IMG/VR virus record: IMGVR_UViG_3300027769_000020
Span: 1-64,000 of that record
DNA: 64,000 nucleotides
Strand: one strand, 5' to 3'
Source of the DNA: a virus
Position 1 is the first letter of the stretch, and each line of letters starts with the position of its first letter. Of the stretch, positions 45,964-57,019 are shown one piece after another. A program made the position numbers and the translations under genes. The notes beneath the pieces were generated by a model that did not search any database, was not told where the DNA came from, and worked only from the letters and a program-made list of their open reading frames with translations.

Positions 45964-46296
45964 ATGGAAAAAGAAATTAAAATACCTATCTATGGAGGAA
46001 AGATTATATTTATATATGGTGAGTTATCACATGTAAAAGATAAATATAATTTAAACTTTAATCCAAATGACTATGATGCAGTTGTGTTTGATGTTGAAGA
46101 AAAGGATCAGTTTATATTAGCATTTTCAGTAATTAAAGAATCTACATTAATGCATGAAATAATACATCTAGTAAATAATATTTTTAAAAGTAGAAATATA
46201 AAACTTGATATTGATAATGATGAACCTCAAGCATATTTAGGAGGGTGGATTGCAGATGAATTATATACTTTTATTAAAGAGTCAATAAACAAGTAA
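45964..46296 (+). CDS. HExxH metallopeptidase-like protein
   Basis: LMHEIIH; DEPQAY; start MEKEIK. Confidence 0.65.
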   Translation: MEKEIKIPIYGGKIIFIYGELSHVKDKYNLNFNPNDYDAVVFDVEEKDQFILAFSVIKESTLMHEIIHLVNNIFKSRNIKLDIDNDEPQAYLGGWIADELYTFIKESINK

Positions 46297-46297
46297 C

Positions 46298-48502
46298 ATG
46301 GAAAATATATATACAGATATACCTACTTGGGATAATGGTACTTGGACTACTACATCTTTTGAATCCAGAAAAGATTTTGGTGACTTTGTATTATCTATAT
46401 TTAAAGAACCAGGTCAATATGAGTTTGATGAAGTAAGTAATAAGGTATTTAATTCTGAGTCAACTAAATTCAATAAAGACAAAGTATATTGTGTAGCCCC
46501 ATTTAAATCTAAAGATTTTATTAACTACTGGGATGATCAAAAAGCTAAGTGTAGATTAGGTTTAATTGTTAAGAATGATAATAAGACTTGGTACCTTACT
46601 AGAGATTATTACATGTGGTTAAACTTCTTACCTATCTTTGATAAGGAGGAGCAAAACTTTGGGTTTGCTAAAATCAGGGATGCACAATATCATATGGCCC
46701 TGTATGAAATACTAGCAGAGATAAACTACATGCATGTAGCTATTCTTAAAAAACGTCAGATAGCATCATCATACTTTCATGCAGGTAAACTTATTAATCA
46801 GTTATGGTTTGAGGCCGGTGTAACTTTAAAGATGGGAGCATCACTTAAAGATTACATTAATGAGAAAGGTACATGGAAATTCTTATCAGAGTATGCAGCA
46901 TTCTTGAATGAACATACAGCATGGTATAGACCAATGTCACCAGATAAAGTAATGATGTGGCAACAAAAGATTGAGGTCAGAAAAGGAGACAGAAAAACTG
47001 AAGCAGGTTTAAAAGGTACTATGCAAGGTATGTCTTTTGAGAAAGATCCAACAAATGGTGTAGGGGGTCCGGTTAAATACTTCTTCCATGAGGAGGCAGG
47101 AATTGCTCCAAAGATGGATACAACATTTGGTTATATCAAACCAGCACTTAAATCAGGTATGATTACTACAGGATTATTTATTGCTGCAGGATCAGTAGGG
47201 GATTTGGATCAGTGTGAACCACTAAAGAAAATGATTCTGGATCCATTAAGTAATGATATATACGCAGTAGAAACTAATCTTATTGATAAAGAAGGTACAA
47301 TAGGTAAGTCAGGTTTATTTATACCTGAACAATGGTCAATGCCACCATACATAGATGACTATGGTAATAGTCTAGTAGAAGAAGCATTAATTGCTCTTGA
47401 TGAATTCTTTGCTGAAATTAAAAGAAACAAAGAAGCTAAAGATTATCAACTTGAGGTATCACAGCATCCAAGAAATATAGAAGAAGCATTTGCATTTAGA
47501 AAAGCATCTAAGTTTCCACCACATCTTGTTAATGCTCAGATAAAGAGAATTGAAGAGAAAGAATACTCATCAGAGTATTTAGATATATCTAGAGATGATA
47601 CAGGTAAAGTAAAAGTAGCATCTACTAATAAGTTACCTATTGCTGAATTCCCTATATCTAAGAAGACAGAAGATAAAACTGGTACATTAGTAGTATGGGA
47701 AAGACCCGTTGCAGATCCGTCATTTGGTATGTATTATGCTAGTATTGACCCCGTGGCAGAAGGTAAAACTACTACATCTGAATCATTATGTTCTATATAT
47801 GTAGTAAAAGCACCTATAGAAGTTACTAAGATAACTAACGGTGAAGCAGAAACATATTTAGAAAGAGATAAAATAGTAGCTGCATGGTGTGGTAGGTTTG
47901 ATGATATCAATAAAACACATGAGAGACTGGAGTTAATTATAGAATGGTACAACGCCTGGACAATAGTTGAGAATAATATTTCTCAATTTATTAACCATAT
48001 GATTAACAGAAAGAAACAAAGATATCTTGTACCTAGAAACCAGATTGTATTCTTAAAAGATGTAGGTGCTAATGCTAATGTATTTCAAGAATATGGTTGG
48101 AGAAATACGGGCACATTATTTAAGAATCACATGATCAGTTATACTATTGAATATCTTACTGAAGAAATAGATCATATACAGAAAGATGATGGTACTACTG
48201 TAAAGATACATTATGGTGTAGAAAGAATACCAGATATTATGTTGTTAAAAGAAATGCAAGCTTACCAGGATGGTGTCAACGTGGATAGGTTGGTGTCCTT
48301 TGCTGCACTTGTTTCTTTTATTAAAATACAACAAGCTAACATAGGTTATACCAAAAGAGTAGTAATGGATGAAGCAAGTAAAAACTTGCAAAAGTCTGAA
48401 AATTTGTATAAATTAAATAGTAGTCCTTTTAGACATATGGGTAGAAGTGGTCTTGGTCCAAATCAAAAGTTAAACAGATCACCTTTTAAAAATTTAAAAT
48501 AA
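46298..48502 (+). CDS. terL: Terminase large subunit
   Basis: LKKRQIASSY Walker A-like; FFHEEAG Walker B; ASIDPV; VENN; NVDR. Confidence 0.9.
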   Translation: MENIYTDIPTWDNGTWTTTSFESRKDFGDFVLSIFKEPGQYEFDEVSNKVFNSESTKFNKDKVYCVAPFKSKDFINYWDDQKAKCRLGLIVKNDNKTWYLTRDYYMWLNFLPIFDKEEQNFGFAKIRDAQYHMALYEILAEINYMHVAILKKRQIASSYFHAGKLINQLWFEAGVTLKMGASLKDYINEKGTWKFLSEYAAFLNEHTAWYRPMSPDKVMMWQQKIEVRKGDRKTEAGLKGTMQGMSFEKDPTNGVGGPVKYFFHEEAGIAPKMDTTFGYIKPALKSGMITTGLFIAAGSVGDLDQCEPLKKMILDPLSNDIYAVETNLIDKEGTIGKSGLFIPEQWSMPPYIDDYGNSLVEEALIALDEFFAEIKRNKEAKDYQLEVSQHPRNIEEAFAFRKASKFPPHLVNAQIKRIEEKEYSSEYLDISRDDTGKVKVASTNKLPIAEFPISKKTEDKTGTLVVWERPVADPSFGMYYASIDPVAEGKTTTSESLCSIYVVKAPIEVTKITNGEAETYLERDKIVAAWCGRFDDINKTHERLELIIEWYNAWTIVENNISQFINHMINRKKQRYLVPRNQIVFLKDVGANANVFQEYGWRNTGTLFKNHMISYTIEYLTEEIDHIQKDDGTTVKIHYGVERIPDIMLLKEMQAYQDGVNVDRLVSFAALVSFIKIQQANIGYTKRVVMDEASKNLQKSENLYKLNSSPFRHMGRSGLGPNQKLNRSPFKNLK

Positions 48503-48508
48503 AAAAGT

Positions 48509-51259
48509 ATGCAAGTATATAATGCTCTTCAGCTCAAAAAAGGAGCTAAAACTGAACATAATAGATTAGGTAGTATCACACAACCTTTACAGTTTATCCC
48601 TAAAAAGGAAAAGGATGACAAGTGGGCTGCATGGAATCTTGACTGGTTAGAGTGGAATGGACTTAAACAGATTAAAAGAAATGCACGTAGGTTAATGAAG
48701 AATTATAAATTAGCTAAAGGTGTTATTGATAAATCTGATTACATCATTGAAGAAGACAATGACTACAGAGATATTATTGAGACACTTACTAAAGAAGATG
48801 CTTCCGCGCTTGAGTTAAAGTTTTATCCTATTATCCCTAATGTTATAAATGTATTAGTAGCTGAGTTTGCTAAAAGATCTAGTAAGTTATCATACCGTGC
48901 AGTTGATGAAGGTTCCTACAATGAAATGATGGAGCAAAAAAGACAAATGGTGGAGGACGTATTAATGCAAGATGCACAGATGAAGATTATATCTGCATTA
49001 ATTGAACAAGGTCTGGATCCACAATCTGAAGAAGCACAACAACAATTATCACCAGATAAAATTAAATCATTACCTGAGATTGAGTCATTCTTTAAAAAAG
49101 ACTACAGATCTATGGTAGAACAATGGGCTACTCACCAACATGAAGTAGATGTTGAAAGATTTAGAATGGATGAGTTAGAAGAAAGAGGTTTCAGAGATAT
49201 GCTTATTACAGATAGAGAGTTCTGGCATATGCGTATGATGGAAGATGATTATGATGTTGAGTTATGGAATCCTGTACTTACATTTTATCATAAGTCTCCT
49301 GATGCAAGATATATATCTCAATCAAACTGGGTAGGTAAAACAGATATGTTAACTGTAGCTGATGTTATTGATAAGTATGGATACTTGATGAATGAAGATC
49401 AGATGGCATCACTTGAAGCTATTTATCCAATTAGGTCTGCGGGATATAATATTGGTGGTACTCAGAATGACGGATCTTTCTATGACGCTACTAAGTCTCA
49501 TGAATGGAATACTAATATGCCATCATTAGGATTTAGACAATACTCAACTGCAGCAGCAAACAGTATCTTTAATGGAGGTGATATAGTTAACTACATACTT
49601 AGAGAAGGTGAAGATTACTATGATCAAGGTACAGCATACTTATTAAGAGTAACTACAGCATATTGGAAGTCTCAAAGAAAGGTAGGGCACTTAACTAAAG
49701 TTACAGACTCTGGTGAAGTTATCACTGAAATTGTTACAGAAGATTATAAAGTAACTGATAATCCTATATATGATACTAAGTTATTTAAAAATAAAACTAA
49801 AGATAATCTAGTATATGGAGAACACATTGACTGGATCTGGATTAATGAAGTATGGGGTGGTGTAAAAATAGGACCTAATATTCCATCATTCTGGGGTATG
49901 AATAACCCAGGTGGTTTTACTCCTTTATATATTGGAGTTGATAAACAAAACATTGCTCCATTAAGATTCCAATTTAAAGGTGATAATTCTATATATGGAT
50001 GTAAGTTACCTGTGGAAGGTGCAGTGTTCTCAGATAGAAATACTAAGTCTACTGCTTTAATAGATTTAATGAAACCATTCCAAATTGGTTACAACATTGT
50101 AAATAATCAGATAGCAGATATCTTAGTAGATGAATTAGGTACAGTAATCTTACTTGACCAGAATGCATTACCAAGACACTCAATGGGTGAAGACTGGGGT
50201 AAAAACAACTTAGCTAAAGCTTATGTTGCAATGAAAAACTTCCAGATGTTACCATTAGATACATCTATTACTAATACAGAGAATGCATTAAACTTTCAGC
50301 ATTTTCAAAAATTAGACCTTGAACAAACTAGTAGGTTAATGTCAAGAATCCAATTAGCAGGATACTTTAAACAACAAGCATATGAAGTAATAGGTATTAA
50401 TCCACAAAGAATGGGACAACAACTTTCTCAACAAACTGCAACAGGAGTTGAGCAAGCAGTAGGTGCTTCTTATGCACAAACTGAAATGTACTTTATTCAA
50501 CACTCAGATTACTTAATGCCAAGAGTACACCAGATGAGAACTGACTTAGCTCAATTCTATCATTCTACTAAACCTTCTGCAAGATTAACATATGTTACTG
50601 CAGCAGAGGAGAAAGTAAACTTCCAGATTAATGGTACAGATTTGTTAATGAGAGATTTAAATATCTTTGCTACAACTAAAGCTAATTACAGAGCTGTATT
50701 AGAACAGTTGAAAAACATGGCAATTAATAATAATACTACTGGAGCATCTATCTATGACTTAGGTAAGTTAATGCAATCTGAAAGTATTTCTGAATTAAAC
50801 TCTGTACTTAAAAACTCAGAAGCTAAGATTAAAGCTCAGAAAGATGCAGAAATGCAACATCAACAACAAATGCAAGAGCAAGCATTACAAGCTAAAGCAC
50901 AAGAAGAAAAACTTAAAGCTGATAGTTTAGAGTTAAGAGAAGAGAAAAACAGACAAAGAGATATACTTGTTGCTGAAATTAGAGCTGCTGGATTTGGTGC
51001 TACTCAAGATATTAATCAAAATCAAATGTCAGACTTTACTGATACTATGAGAGATATACAAAAGACTGAACAGTTTACAAGTCAGATGAGTCTTGAAAGA
51101 CAGAAAGAGTCTAACCGTATGTCAGTAGATAATCAGAAGAATCAACTTGAAAGAGAAAAGCTTATGACACAGAAAGAAATAGCTGATAAACAACTACAAG
51201 TAGCTAGAGAAAATAAGAATAAGTATGATTCAAAGAATAAGTCAGAAAATAAGAAATAA
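48509..51259 (+). CDS. Portal protein
   Basis: 916 aa after TerL; FYPII...NVL..E; L.D.MKPFQ..YN; TATGVEQA. Confidence 0.88.
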   Translation: MQVYNALQLKKGAKTEHNRLGSITQPLQFIPKKEKDDKWAAWNLDWLEWNGLKQIKRNARRLMKNYKLAKGVIDKSDYIIEEDNDYRDIIETLTKEDASALELKFYPIIPNVINVLVAEFAKRSSKLSYRAVDEGSYNEMMEQKRQMVEDVLMQDAQMKIISALIEQGLDPQSEEAQQQLSPDKIKSLPEIESFFKKDYRSMVEQWATHQHEVDVERFRMDELEERGFRDMLITDREFWHMRMMEDDYDVELWNPVLTFYHKSPDARYISQSNWVGKTDMLTVADVIDKYGYLMNEDQMASLEAIYPIRSAGYNIGGTQNDGSFYDATKSHEWNTNMPSLGFRQYSTAAANSIFNGGDIVNYILREGEDYYDQGTAYLLRVTTAYWKSQRKVGHLTKVTDSGEVITEIVTEDYKVTDNPIYDTKLFKNKTKDNLVYGEHIDWIWINEVWGGVKIGPNIPSFWGMNNPGGFTPLYIGVDKQNIAPLRFQFKGDNSIYGCKLPVEGAVFSDRNTKSTALIDLMKPFQIGYNIVNNQIADILVDELGTVILLDQNALPRHSMGEDWGKNNLAKAYVAMKNFQMLPLDTSITNTENALNFQHFQKLDLEQTSRLMSRIQLAGYFKQQAYEVIGINPQRMGQQLSQQTATGVEQAVGASYAQTEMYFIQHSDYLMPRVHQMRTDLAQFYHSTKPSARLTYVTAAEEKVNFQINGTDLLMRDLNIFATTKANYRAVLEQLKNMAINNNTTGASIYDLGKLMQSESISELNSVLKNSEAKIKAQKDAEMQHQQQMQEQALQAKAQEEKLKADSLELREEKNRQRDILVAEIRAAGFGATQDINQNQMSDFTDTMRDIQKTEQFTSQMSLERQKESNRMSVDNQKNQLEREKLMTQKEIADKQLQVARENKNKYDSKNKSENKK

Positions 51260-51261
51260 GG

Positions 51262-51278
51262 TTTAGCTATATAGTGCA
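51262..51278 (+). promoter_or_regulatory. 17-bp element TTTAGCTATATAGTGCA (copy 2)
   Basis: Identical to reverse complement of 21221-21237. Confidence 0.55.
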
Positions 51279-51372
51279 AAAAATCAAATTGTAAAAATAG
51301 TGTATTTTAAATTTTAGAAGTTTATTTGTAAAAAAATAATTATATTATTAATAGTAACATAAAGACCAACAT

Positions 51373-52623
51373 ATGAATACTGATGAGCAAACAACACAAG
51401 ATAACACTACAGTATCACAAGTAGATGTGAACTTAGATGAGTTATTTGGAATGCCTGGTGCGGATAACGTGATGCTACCAGAAGAGGAAGAGGAGAAAAA
51501 AACCCTTTTTACTAAAGAAGAAAAAACTGATTTTGACTTTTTAGATAGCAAAACAGGAGTAACTAGTAAACAAGTAACACCTGAAGAAACTATTACTAAA
51601 GAAGAAGTTGAAGAGACAATTGCTGAATTGGATAACTTAATTAGTCAAGAAGAGGATGCTGGTAATAAAGGTAGACCAAAAGTTGACAAGTCTGGGTTAT
51701 ATGACTTAGCTTCTAAAATGATTGAGGAAGGTACACTATTTGGATTTGATGATGATAAACCATTAGAGGAGTACACTACTAAAGACTTTAGAGAATTGTT
51801 TGAAGCTAACTTTCAGGAGAAAGAAAGAAAGATTAAAGAGGATGTGCCAAAAGAATTCTTTAATGCTTTACCTGATGAGTTAAAAGCTGCAGCTAAATAT
51901 GTTGCTGATGGTGGACAAGACTTAAAAGGTTTATTCAGAACTCTTGCTCAAGTAGAAGAAGTATTTGAATTAGATCCAGAGGATGAGAATCATCAAGCTG
52001 AGATTGCAAGACAATACTTATATGCTACTAACTTTGGTTCACCAGAGGAGATTGAGGCAGAGATTGAGGACTGGGCTGATGTAGATAAACTTGAGCAAAA
52101 AGCAAAACAGTTTAAACCAAAATTAGACAGAATGCAGGAAGAGATTTTATCTAGAAAACTTGCAGAACAGGAAAGTAAAAAAGAGCAACAAATACAAGCT
52201 GCTAAACAATACACGGATAATGTGTATAATGTATTATCAGTAGGGGAACTTGATGGTGTCAAGCTTGACAAAAAAGTTCAGAATATGTTATATAGTGGAT
52301 TAGTGCAACCATCTTATCCATCTATATCAGGTAAACCTACAAACTTATTAGGACACCTATTAGAGAAGTATCAGTTTGTAGAACCAAGACATGACCTTAT
52401 TGCTGAAGCATTATGGTTACTTGCAGATCCAGATGGTTATAAAAATAAGATTAAAGACCAAGGTACTAAAGCTGCAACTGAGAAAACAGTAAGAATGTTG
52501 AAAACTGAAGAGGCTAAAAAATTATCTTCATCATCATCAACAGAAGAAAAACAAGCTCCTAGAAAAACAACAGGTAATACTATTTCTAGAAGCACACCAA
52601 ATAATATGTTTAAAAGATTTTAA
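51373..52623 (+). CDS. Acidic scaffold-like protein
   Basis: Between portal and MCP; acidic N-terminus, coiled coil. Confidence 0.65.
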   Translation: MNTDEQTTQDNTTVSQVDVNLDELFGMPGADNVMLPEEEEEKKTLFTKEEKTDFDFLDSKTGVTSKQVTPEETITKEEVEETIAELDNLISQEEDAGNKGRPKVDKSGLYDLASKMIEEGTLFGFDDDKPLEEYTTKDFRELFEANFQEKERKIKEDVPKEFFNALPDELKAAAKYVADGGQDLKGLFRTLAQVEEVFELDPEDENHQAEIARQYLYATNFGSPEEIEAEIEDWADVDKLEQKAKQFKPKLDRMQEEILSRKLAEQESKKEQQIQAAKQYTDNVYNVLSVGELDGVKLDKKVQNMLYSGLVQPSYPSISGKPTNLLGHLLEKYQFVEPRHDLIAEALWLLADPDGYKNKIKDQGTKAATEKTVRMLKTEEAKKLSSSSSTEEKQAPRKTTGNTISRSTPNNMFKRF

Positions 52624-52653
52624 TAAACAATATAAACAAATAAACAAATACAA

Positions 52654-54270
52654 ATGGCAACTCCAGTATTAAATAATGGTATATTCCTGCGTGATACGGC
52701 ATACAATGCTAGTTCACATGTGGATTCATACCATTTACAAAACATGCTAAAAGATGCAGAACCAATGGATTTAGGTCCAGTAGACTTATGGGCTATGGCT
52801 CAAAAAGTTGAAATGCCTTTATACCAGTTGTCTTCTTTTGGTGGAAAAAATGTTATCAATGTGGATAACGCAAGAGGTGAGTACAAATGGCAAACTCCAG
52901 TATCTATTGATCTACCTTACATTGTAGAAGATATTGAACCAGGTAATACTGCTAAAGGTATTGAAGGAACTACTTTCAAAATCAAGTTGAATAAACGTGA
53001 GTTTGGACATGGTGATATCATTACTTATGACAAGTATAATGGTGTTGAGATGTACATTACTGCTGATGATATCTTACCTATTGGTGATGGTTTCATCTAT
53101 ACAGTACAGTTAGTTAACAATGATAACTATAAGTACATTGATAATGCTTACTTGGCTAATGGTACTAAAGTATTCCGTAAAGGTTCTGCTAGAGGTGAGT
53201 ATGGTGAGAGATTCTCTGACATCCAAACTAACACAGGATTCCGTGAGTACTACAACTACGTTGGTGGTGCTGAAGCACACGTTCATTACTCTATCTCTTC
53301 TAGAGCAGATTTAATGATTAAAGGTGGTATGAATGCAGATGGTACAGTTCCTGTAACTGAAATCTGGAGATCACACTTAAAAGGATTAGATCCATCTATT
53401 TCATCTTTAGATGATATGGTTAAAGTAATGGGTAAAGACTCAGTTAAAAAAGCATTTGATAATGGTGATTTATCAAGAACTTTCTTAACTAATATGGAGG
53501 CTGCACACTTAACTAAGATTGCATCTGATATTGAGACTTACTTAATGTGGGGTCATGGTGGTAGAGTACGTCAAGACGGACCAGATGATGTAAGATTATC
53601 TGTAGGTTTATGGAAACAGTTAGATAACTCTTTCAAACGTATCTATAACAAAAACAACTTTAACTTAGACTTATTCAGAGGAGAGTTATACAACTTCTTC
53701 AATGGTAAGGTTGAGTTCCAAGGACCAGATCCTAAACGTCAACTTGTTGTACAAACAGGTATGGGTGGTATGAGAATGGTTAATGAAGCTATTAAACAAG
53801 AAGCTATTTCTTCAGGTTTATTAATTCAAGCTGCTGATATCGGTGCTATCACTGGTAAAGGTATGGACTTAAACTTTGGATTTGCTTATACATCTTACGT
53901 TATTCCATTCTTGGCTAATGTTAAGTTTGTATTGAACCCAGCATTTGACAATGTTCATACTAATGATATTGAGAACCCAATCATTGATGGTTTCCCATTA
54001 TCTTCTTACTCATTCATTATTTTTGATATCACAGATAATACTAATGACAACATTTACATGTTGAAATTATCTTGGGATAATCAATTGAAATGGTGGTACC
54101 AAAATGGAACAATGGACTACATGGGTAGATCTCAAGGATTCCAGTCTTCAGGACAATTCAACGGTTACCGTGTAATGATGTCTCAAACAATGCCTGCTAT
54201 TTGGGTTAAAGATCCAACTAAAGTATTGAAAATTGTTATGAGAAACCCAATTACAGGTGGATCATTCTAA
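52654..54270 (+). CDS. Major capsid protein (crAss-like)
   Basis: Synteny; strong codon bias; GL..QL, TG.GG; followed by terminator. Confidence 0.85.
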   Translation: MATPVLNNGIFLRDTAYNASSHVDSYHLQNMLKDAEPMDLGPVDLWAMAQKVEMPLYQLSSFGGKNVINVDNARGEYKWQTPVSIDLPYIVEDIEPGNTAKGIEGTTFKIKLNKREFGHGDIITYDKYNGVEMYITADDILPIGDGFIYTVQLVNNDNYKYIDNAYLANGTKVFRKGSARGEYGERFSDIQTNTGFREYYNYVGGAEAHVHYSISSRADLMIKGGMNADGTVPVTEIWRSHLKGLDPSISSLDDMVKVMGKDSVKKAFDNGDLSRTFLTNMEAAHLTKIASDIETYLMWGHGGRVRQDGPDDVRLSVGLWKQLDNSFKRIYNKNNFNLDLFRGELYNFFNGKVEFQGPDPKRQLVVQTGMGGMRMVNEAIKQEAISSGLLIQAADIGAITGKGMDLNFGFAYTSYVIPFLANVKFVLNPAFDNVHTNDIENPIIDGFPLSSYSFIIFDITDNTNDNIYMLKLSWDNQLKWWYQNGTMDYMGRSQGFQSSGQFNGYRVMMSQTMPAIWVKDPTKVLKIVMRNPITGGSF

Positions 54271-54285
54271 TATGTCAAAGCAAAA

Positions 54286-54313
54286 AAAGGAGGGGCCAGT
54301 CTCCTCCTTTTTT
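54286..54313 (+). terminator. Intrinsic terminator after MCP
   Basis: AAAGGAGG..CCTCCTTT-TTT. Confidence 0.75.
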
Positions 54314-54353
54314 ATTATATTTACAATTATAAACATTTTAAAACCAACATAAA

Positions 54354-55364
54354 ATGGAATTTACACACGTAGAAGTATTTAATACTAACAAGAGCAACAA
54401 GATCTCTATCAAGCCTTACTTTGACAACTCAATGTCAAATATGGGATTAGAAAATTATGGTCAATCATTATTTGATGGAGTTAAACATTTTGAACAACTA
54501 GCATGTCTAGAGCAAAATGGAGTAATAAGATATGTAACAGGGTTAAATGAATTTGCACCTGAGATTAAATTATTACCAACAGAACAAAGAGAAGCAAAAG
54601 TAAAACAGATTAGAATTGCTGTTGCTGAATTAGAAAGAGAGTTAGCAGCTAACATATTAGATGTTGAGAGCCCAACTTTCTGGAATGATGTTAAACTATT
54701 AAGACCAGACAATAAAGAATTCTGGAATAAGATTAACATGTCATGTGGTAATGAACCAGTGTATTTAGACCCTACTAATCCATATGATAGAATTAAATTA
54801 TATGCTGTTGAAGCAGGTGGATTTTCACTTGTATCAAGAAGCTATGATGATGCTAGATCAAAAGCAGTACCACCAAAATTTTACTTAGATAAAGTAACTG
54901 AAACAAGTGGTATCAAAACTGAATACAAAAAACTTAAAAATAAAGCTCTTGCTGAGTTACAAAAATTGTTTGATAAAAACAGTACTAAATTATTTTACAT
55001 TGCTAAGTCAGTAGATACAGCAAGTGTACAGTATAAAAAACATACACCAAATGATGTTATTTATGATAACATGGATAGACATATCAATGGTGAAGGTACA
55101 GAAGGTAATAAAGAAAGAGCAGCAAAAGGATTCTTAGATGCAGCAGCTTTAGATATGGAAACATTAAAAATTAAAGCAATTGTAAAAGATTCCATATTTT
55201 TTAAGTATATTATTAATAAGTCAGATGGTTATATCTATCATGCTAAATCAAATAGCTTGTTAGGTAGAAATGTTTCTGATGTAATTGAGTTCTTGAAAAA
55301 CCCTTTAAATGAGGATATTTTAAAAGACTTAAACACACAAGTTGAAAAAGTGTGGAATATGTAA
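54354..55364 (+). CDS. Protein immediately downstream of MCP (conserved position in crAss-like phages)
   Basis: Synteny; YVTGL, FW, LD..NP.D, LG......FL..P.N. Confidence 0.6.
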   Translation: MEFTHVEVFNTNKSNKISIKPYFDNSMSNMGLENYGQSLFDGVKHFEQLACLEQNGVIRYVTGLNEFAPEIKLLPTEQREAKVKQIRIAVAELERELAANILDVESPTFWNDVKLLRPDNKEFWNKINMSCGNEPVYLDPTNPYDRIKLYAVEAGGFSLVSRSYDDARSKAVPPKFYLDKVTETSGIKTEYKKLKNKALAELQKLFDKNSTKLFYIAKSVDTASVQYKKHTPNDVIYDNMDRHINGEGTEGNKERAAKGFLDAAALDMETLKIKAIVKDSIFFKYIINKSDGYIYHAKSNSLLGRNVSDVIEFLKNPLNEDILKDLNTQVEKVWNM

Positions 55365-55373
55365 ACAACTTCA

Positions 55374-55407
55374 GGGTATACTAGTAACCGCTAGTATACT
55401 CTTTTTT
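55374..55407 (+). terminator. Intrinsic terminator
   Basis: GGGTATACTAG-TAACCG-CTAGTATACTC-T6. Confidence 0.7.
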
Positions 55408-55419
55408 AAATTATAAGTT

Positions 55420-55590
55420 ATGGCAAATGCAAAAGTAAATGTTCAAAAAAATGCAACAGGTAGAGTAGGTGGTACTAATGCTCCTGTATATGCATTAAAA
55501 TCTGCATCAGGTAAATCATGCGGTAAAGTTAATAAACCTCAAGCTGCACCTAAAATGAAAATGGGTGGAAGCAAAGGTAAGAAATGTTAA
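55420..55590 (+). CDS. Small basic protein (56 aa, MKMGG motif)
   Basis: Read by hand MANAKVNVQK...PKMKMGGSKGKKC. Confidence 0.65.
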   Translation: MANAKVNVQKNATGRVGGTNAPVYALKSASGKSCGKVNKPQAAPKMKMGGSKGKKC

Positions 55591-55616
55591 TTTAATAAAC
55601 TTTTAAATTAATAATC

Positions 55617-57017
55617 ATGGCAAGTAAAATAAATCCAAAAGGGATATTCAAGTCTAACTCAAGATCTAAAGGCCCAAATCCAAAAGGTATAAATCCAAAA
55701 GGAGTATATAAAGCACCAGCTAAACCTAGAGTTAATCCAAAAGGAATTAATCCTACAGGTATTGGACCTAATAAAGATGGAATTAATCCTGGAGGAATTA
55801 AGAAACCAGTTACTCAATCTAGTACACCAAGAACTAGAGCTGGAGTATCTAAAGGAAATACACCAGGTACAGCTGCAAAATATGCTCAAAAAAAACCTAT
55901 TACACAAACTCAATCTACAAGAACTAGAGCAGGTGTAACAAAAGGAAATGCTCCTGGTAAAGCTGCAGGTATGAGATCTCAAAAGTTATCTAATCAAAAA
56001 ATGACTTTATCTCAATTAGAAAATGCTGCATCTAAAAGATATAAACCATTAGGTGCAGATGAGTTATCTAAAACTAGTAAAACTGTTACTGAAGGTGCTA
56101 ATAAACTTTTAAAAAAGACAACTGAAAAAGCTAAAGCTAGCGGTATGGATTTACCTAAAAGTGGAAGAAAAAATGTAACAGCACCTAAAGCTTTTTTTAA
56201 AACTGATTTGACAAGATTTAAAAAAGTAGGTAAAAGAGCAATAATTGGTACTGCTATTGCATTAGCAGGAAAAGCTTTATATGATAAAGTATCAGAAAAA
56301 AATAAAGCTACTGCACTTGCTAAAACTAAAGATGACGCTGCTAAAAAAGCTAAAGATGATGCAGCAAAAAAAGCTAAAGCAGACGCTGCTAAAAATCAAG
56401 CTGCTAAAAGTCAGGCTTTAAAAAATGAACTTGCTAAAAAAGAAGCTGCTAAAAAAGACACAGTTAAAAAATATGCAGGAGTAAAGGACAAATGGGGAAG
56501 ATCAGCTTCAGATAAATGGTTTGGATTTGATCCTAAAACTAAAGCGTTTACAACAGTGGATTTACCTAAAAAAACAGAAGTTAAAAAGTCTACTAATACA
56601 GTAAAACCAAAACCTGTTACTCCTAAACCTGCTCAAGTATCAGAAACTCCTAAAGTTGATAATACAACAGCAAGTACTACAAAAGAAGAAGTAGGAACAA
56701 TTCCATTAAAAACTGTACCAACAGTTGAAGCACCAAAAGCTATTTTGTCTCCGGCACCTTCAAAAACTACATCAACTTCTCCAGCTTCCTCAACGCCAAG
56801 TTCTAGTACTATTAAAAAACCAGAACCTAAAGGTGGTTTAATTAATAAGATTAGAGGTGCTGTTAATGAAAGTAGAGAAAGAAGAGTTGGTAGAGCTTTT
56901 GGTAGAGGTGATACTGAAAGAGCTGCTGAACTTGAAGCAAAAATAAAAAGAACAGAAAGTAAAATGTATATGAAAAAAGGTGGTGTTGTTAAAAAGACAA
57001 AACCTAAAAAGAAATAG
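55617..57017 (+). CDS. Lys-rich low-complexity protein with internal repeats
   Basis: INPKG-like repeats, RTRAGV.KGN.PG x2, KDDAAKK-like x3, C-terminal MKKGG. Confidence 0.75.
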   Translation: MASKINPKGIFKSNSRSKGPNPKGINPKGVYKAPAKPRVNPKGINPTGIGPNKDGINPGGIKKPVTQSSTPRTRAGVSKGNTPGTAAKYAQKKPITQTQSTRTRAGVTKGNAPGKAAGMRSQKLSNQKMTLSQLENAASKRYKPLGADELSKTSKTVTEGANKLLKKTTEKAKASGMDLPKSGRKNVTAPKAFFKTDLTRFKKVGKRAIIGTAIALAGKALYDKVSEKNKATALAKTKDDAAKKAKDDAAKKAKADAAKNQAAKSQALKNELAKKEAAKKDTVKKYAGVKDKWGRSASDKWFGFDPKTKAFTTVDLPKKTEVKKSTNTVKPKPVTPKPAQVSETPKVDNTTASTTKEEVGTIPLKTVPTVEAPKAILSPAPSKTTSTSPASSTPSSSTIKKPEPKGGLINKIRGAVNESRERRVGRAFGRGDTERAAELEAKIKRTESKMYMKKGGVVKKTKPKKK

Positions 57018-57019
57018 TT

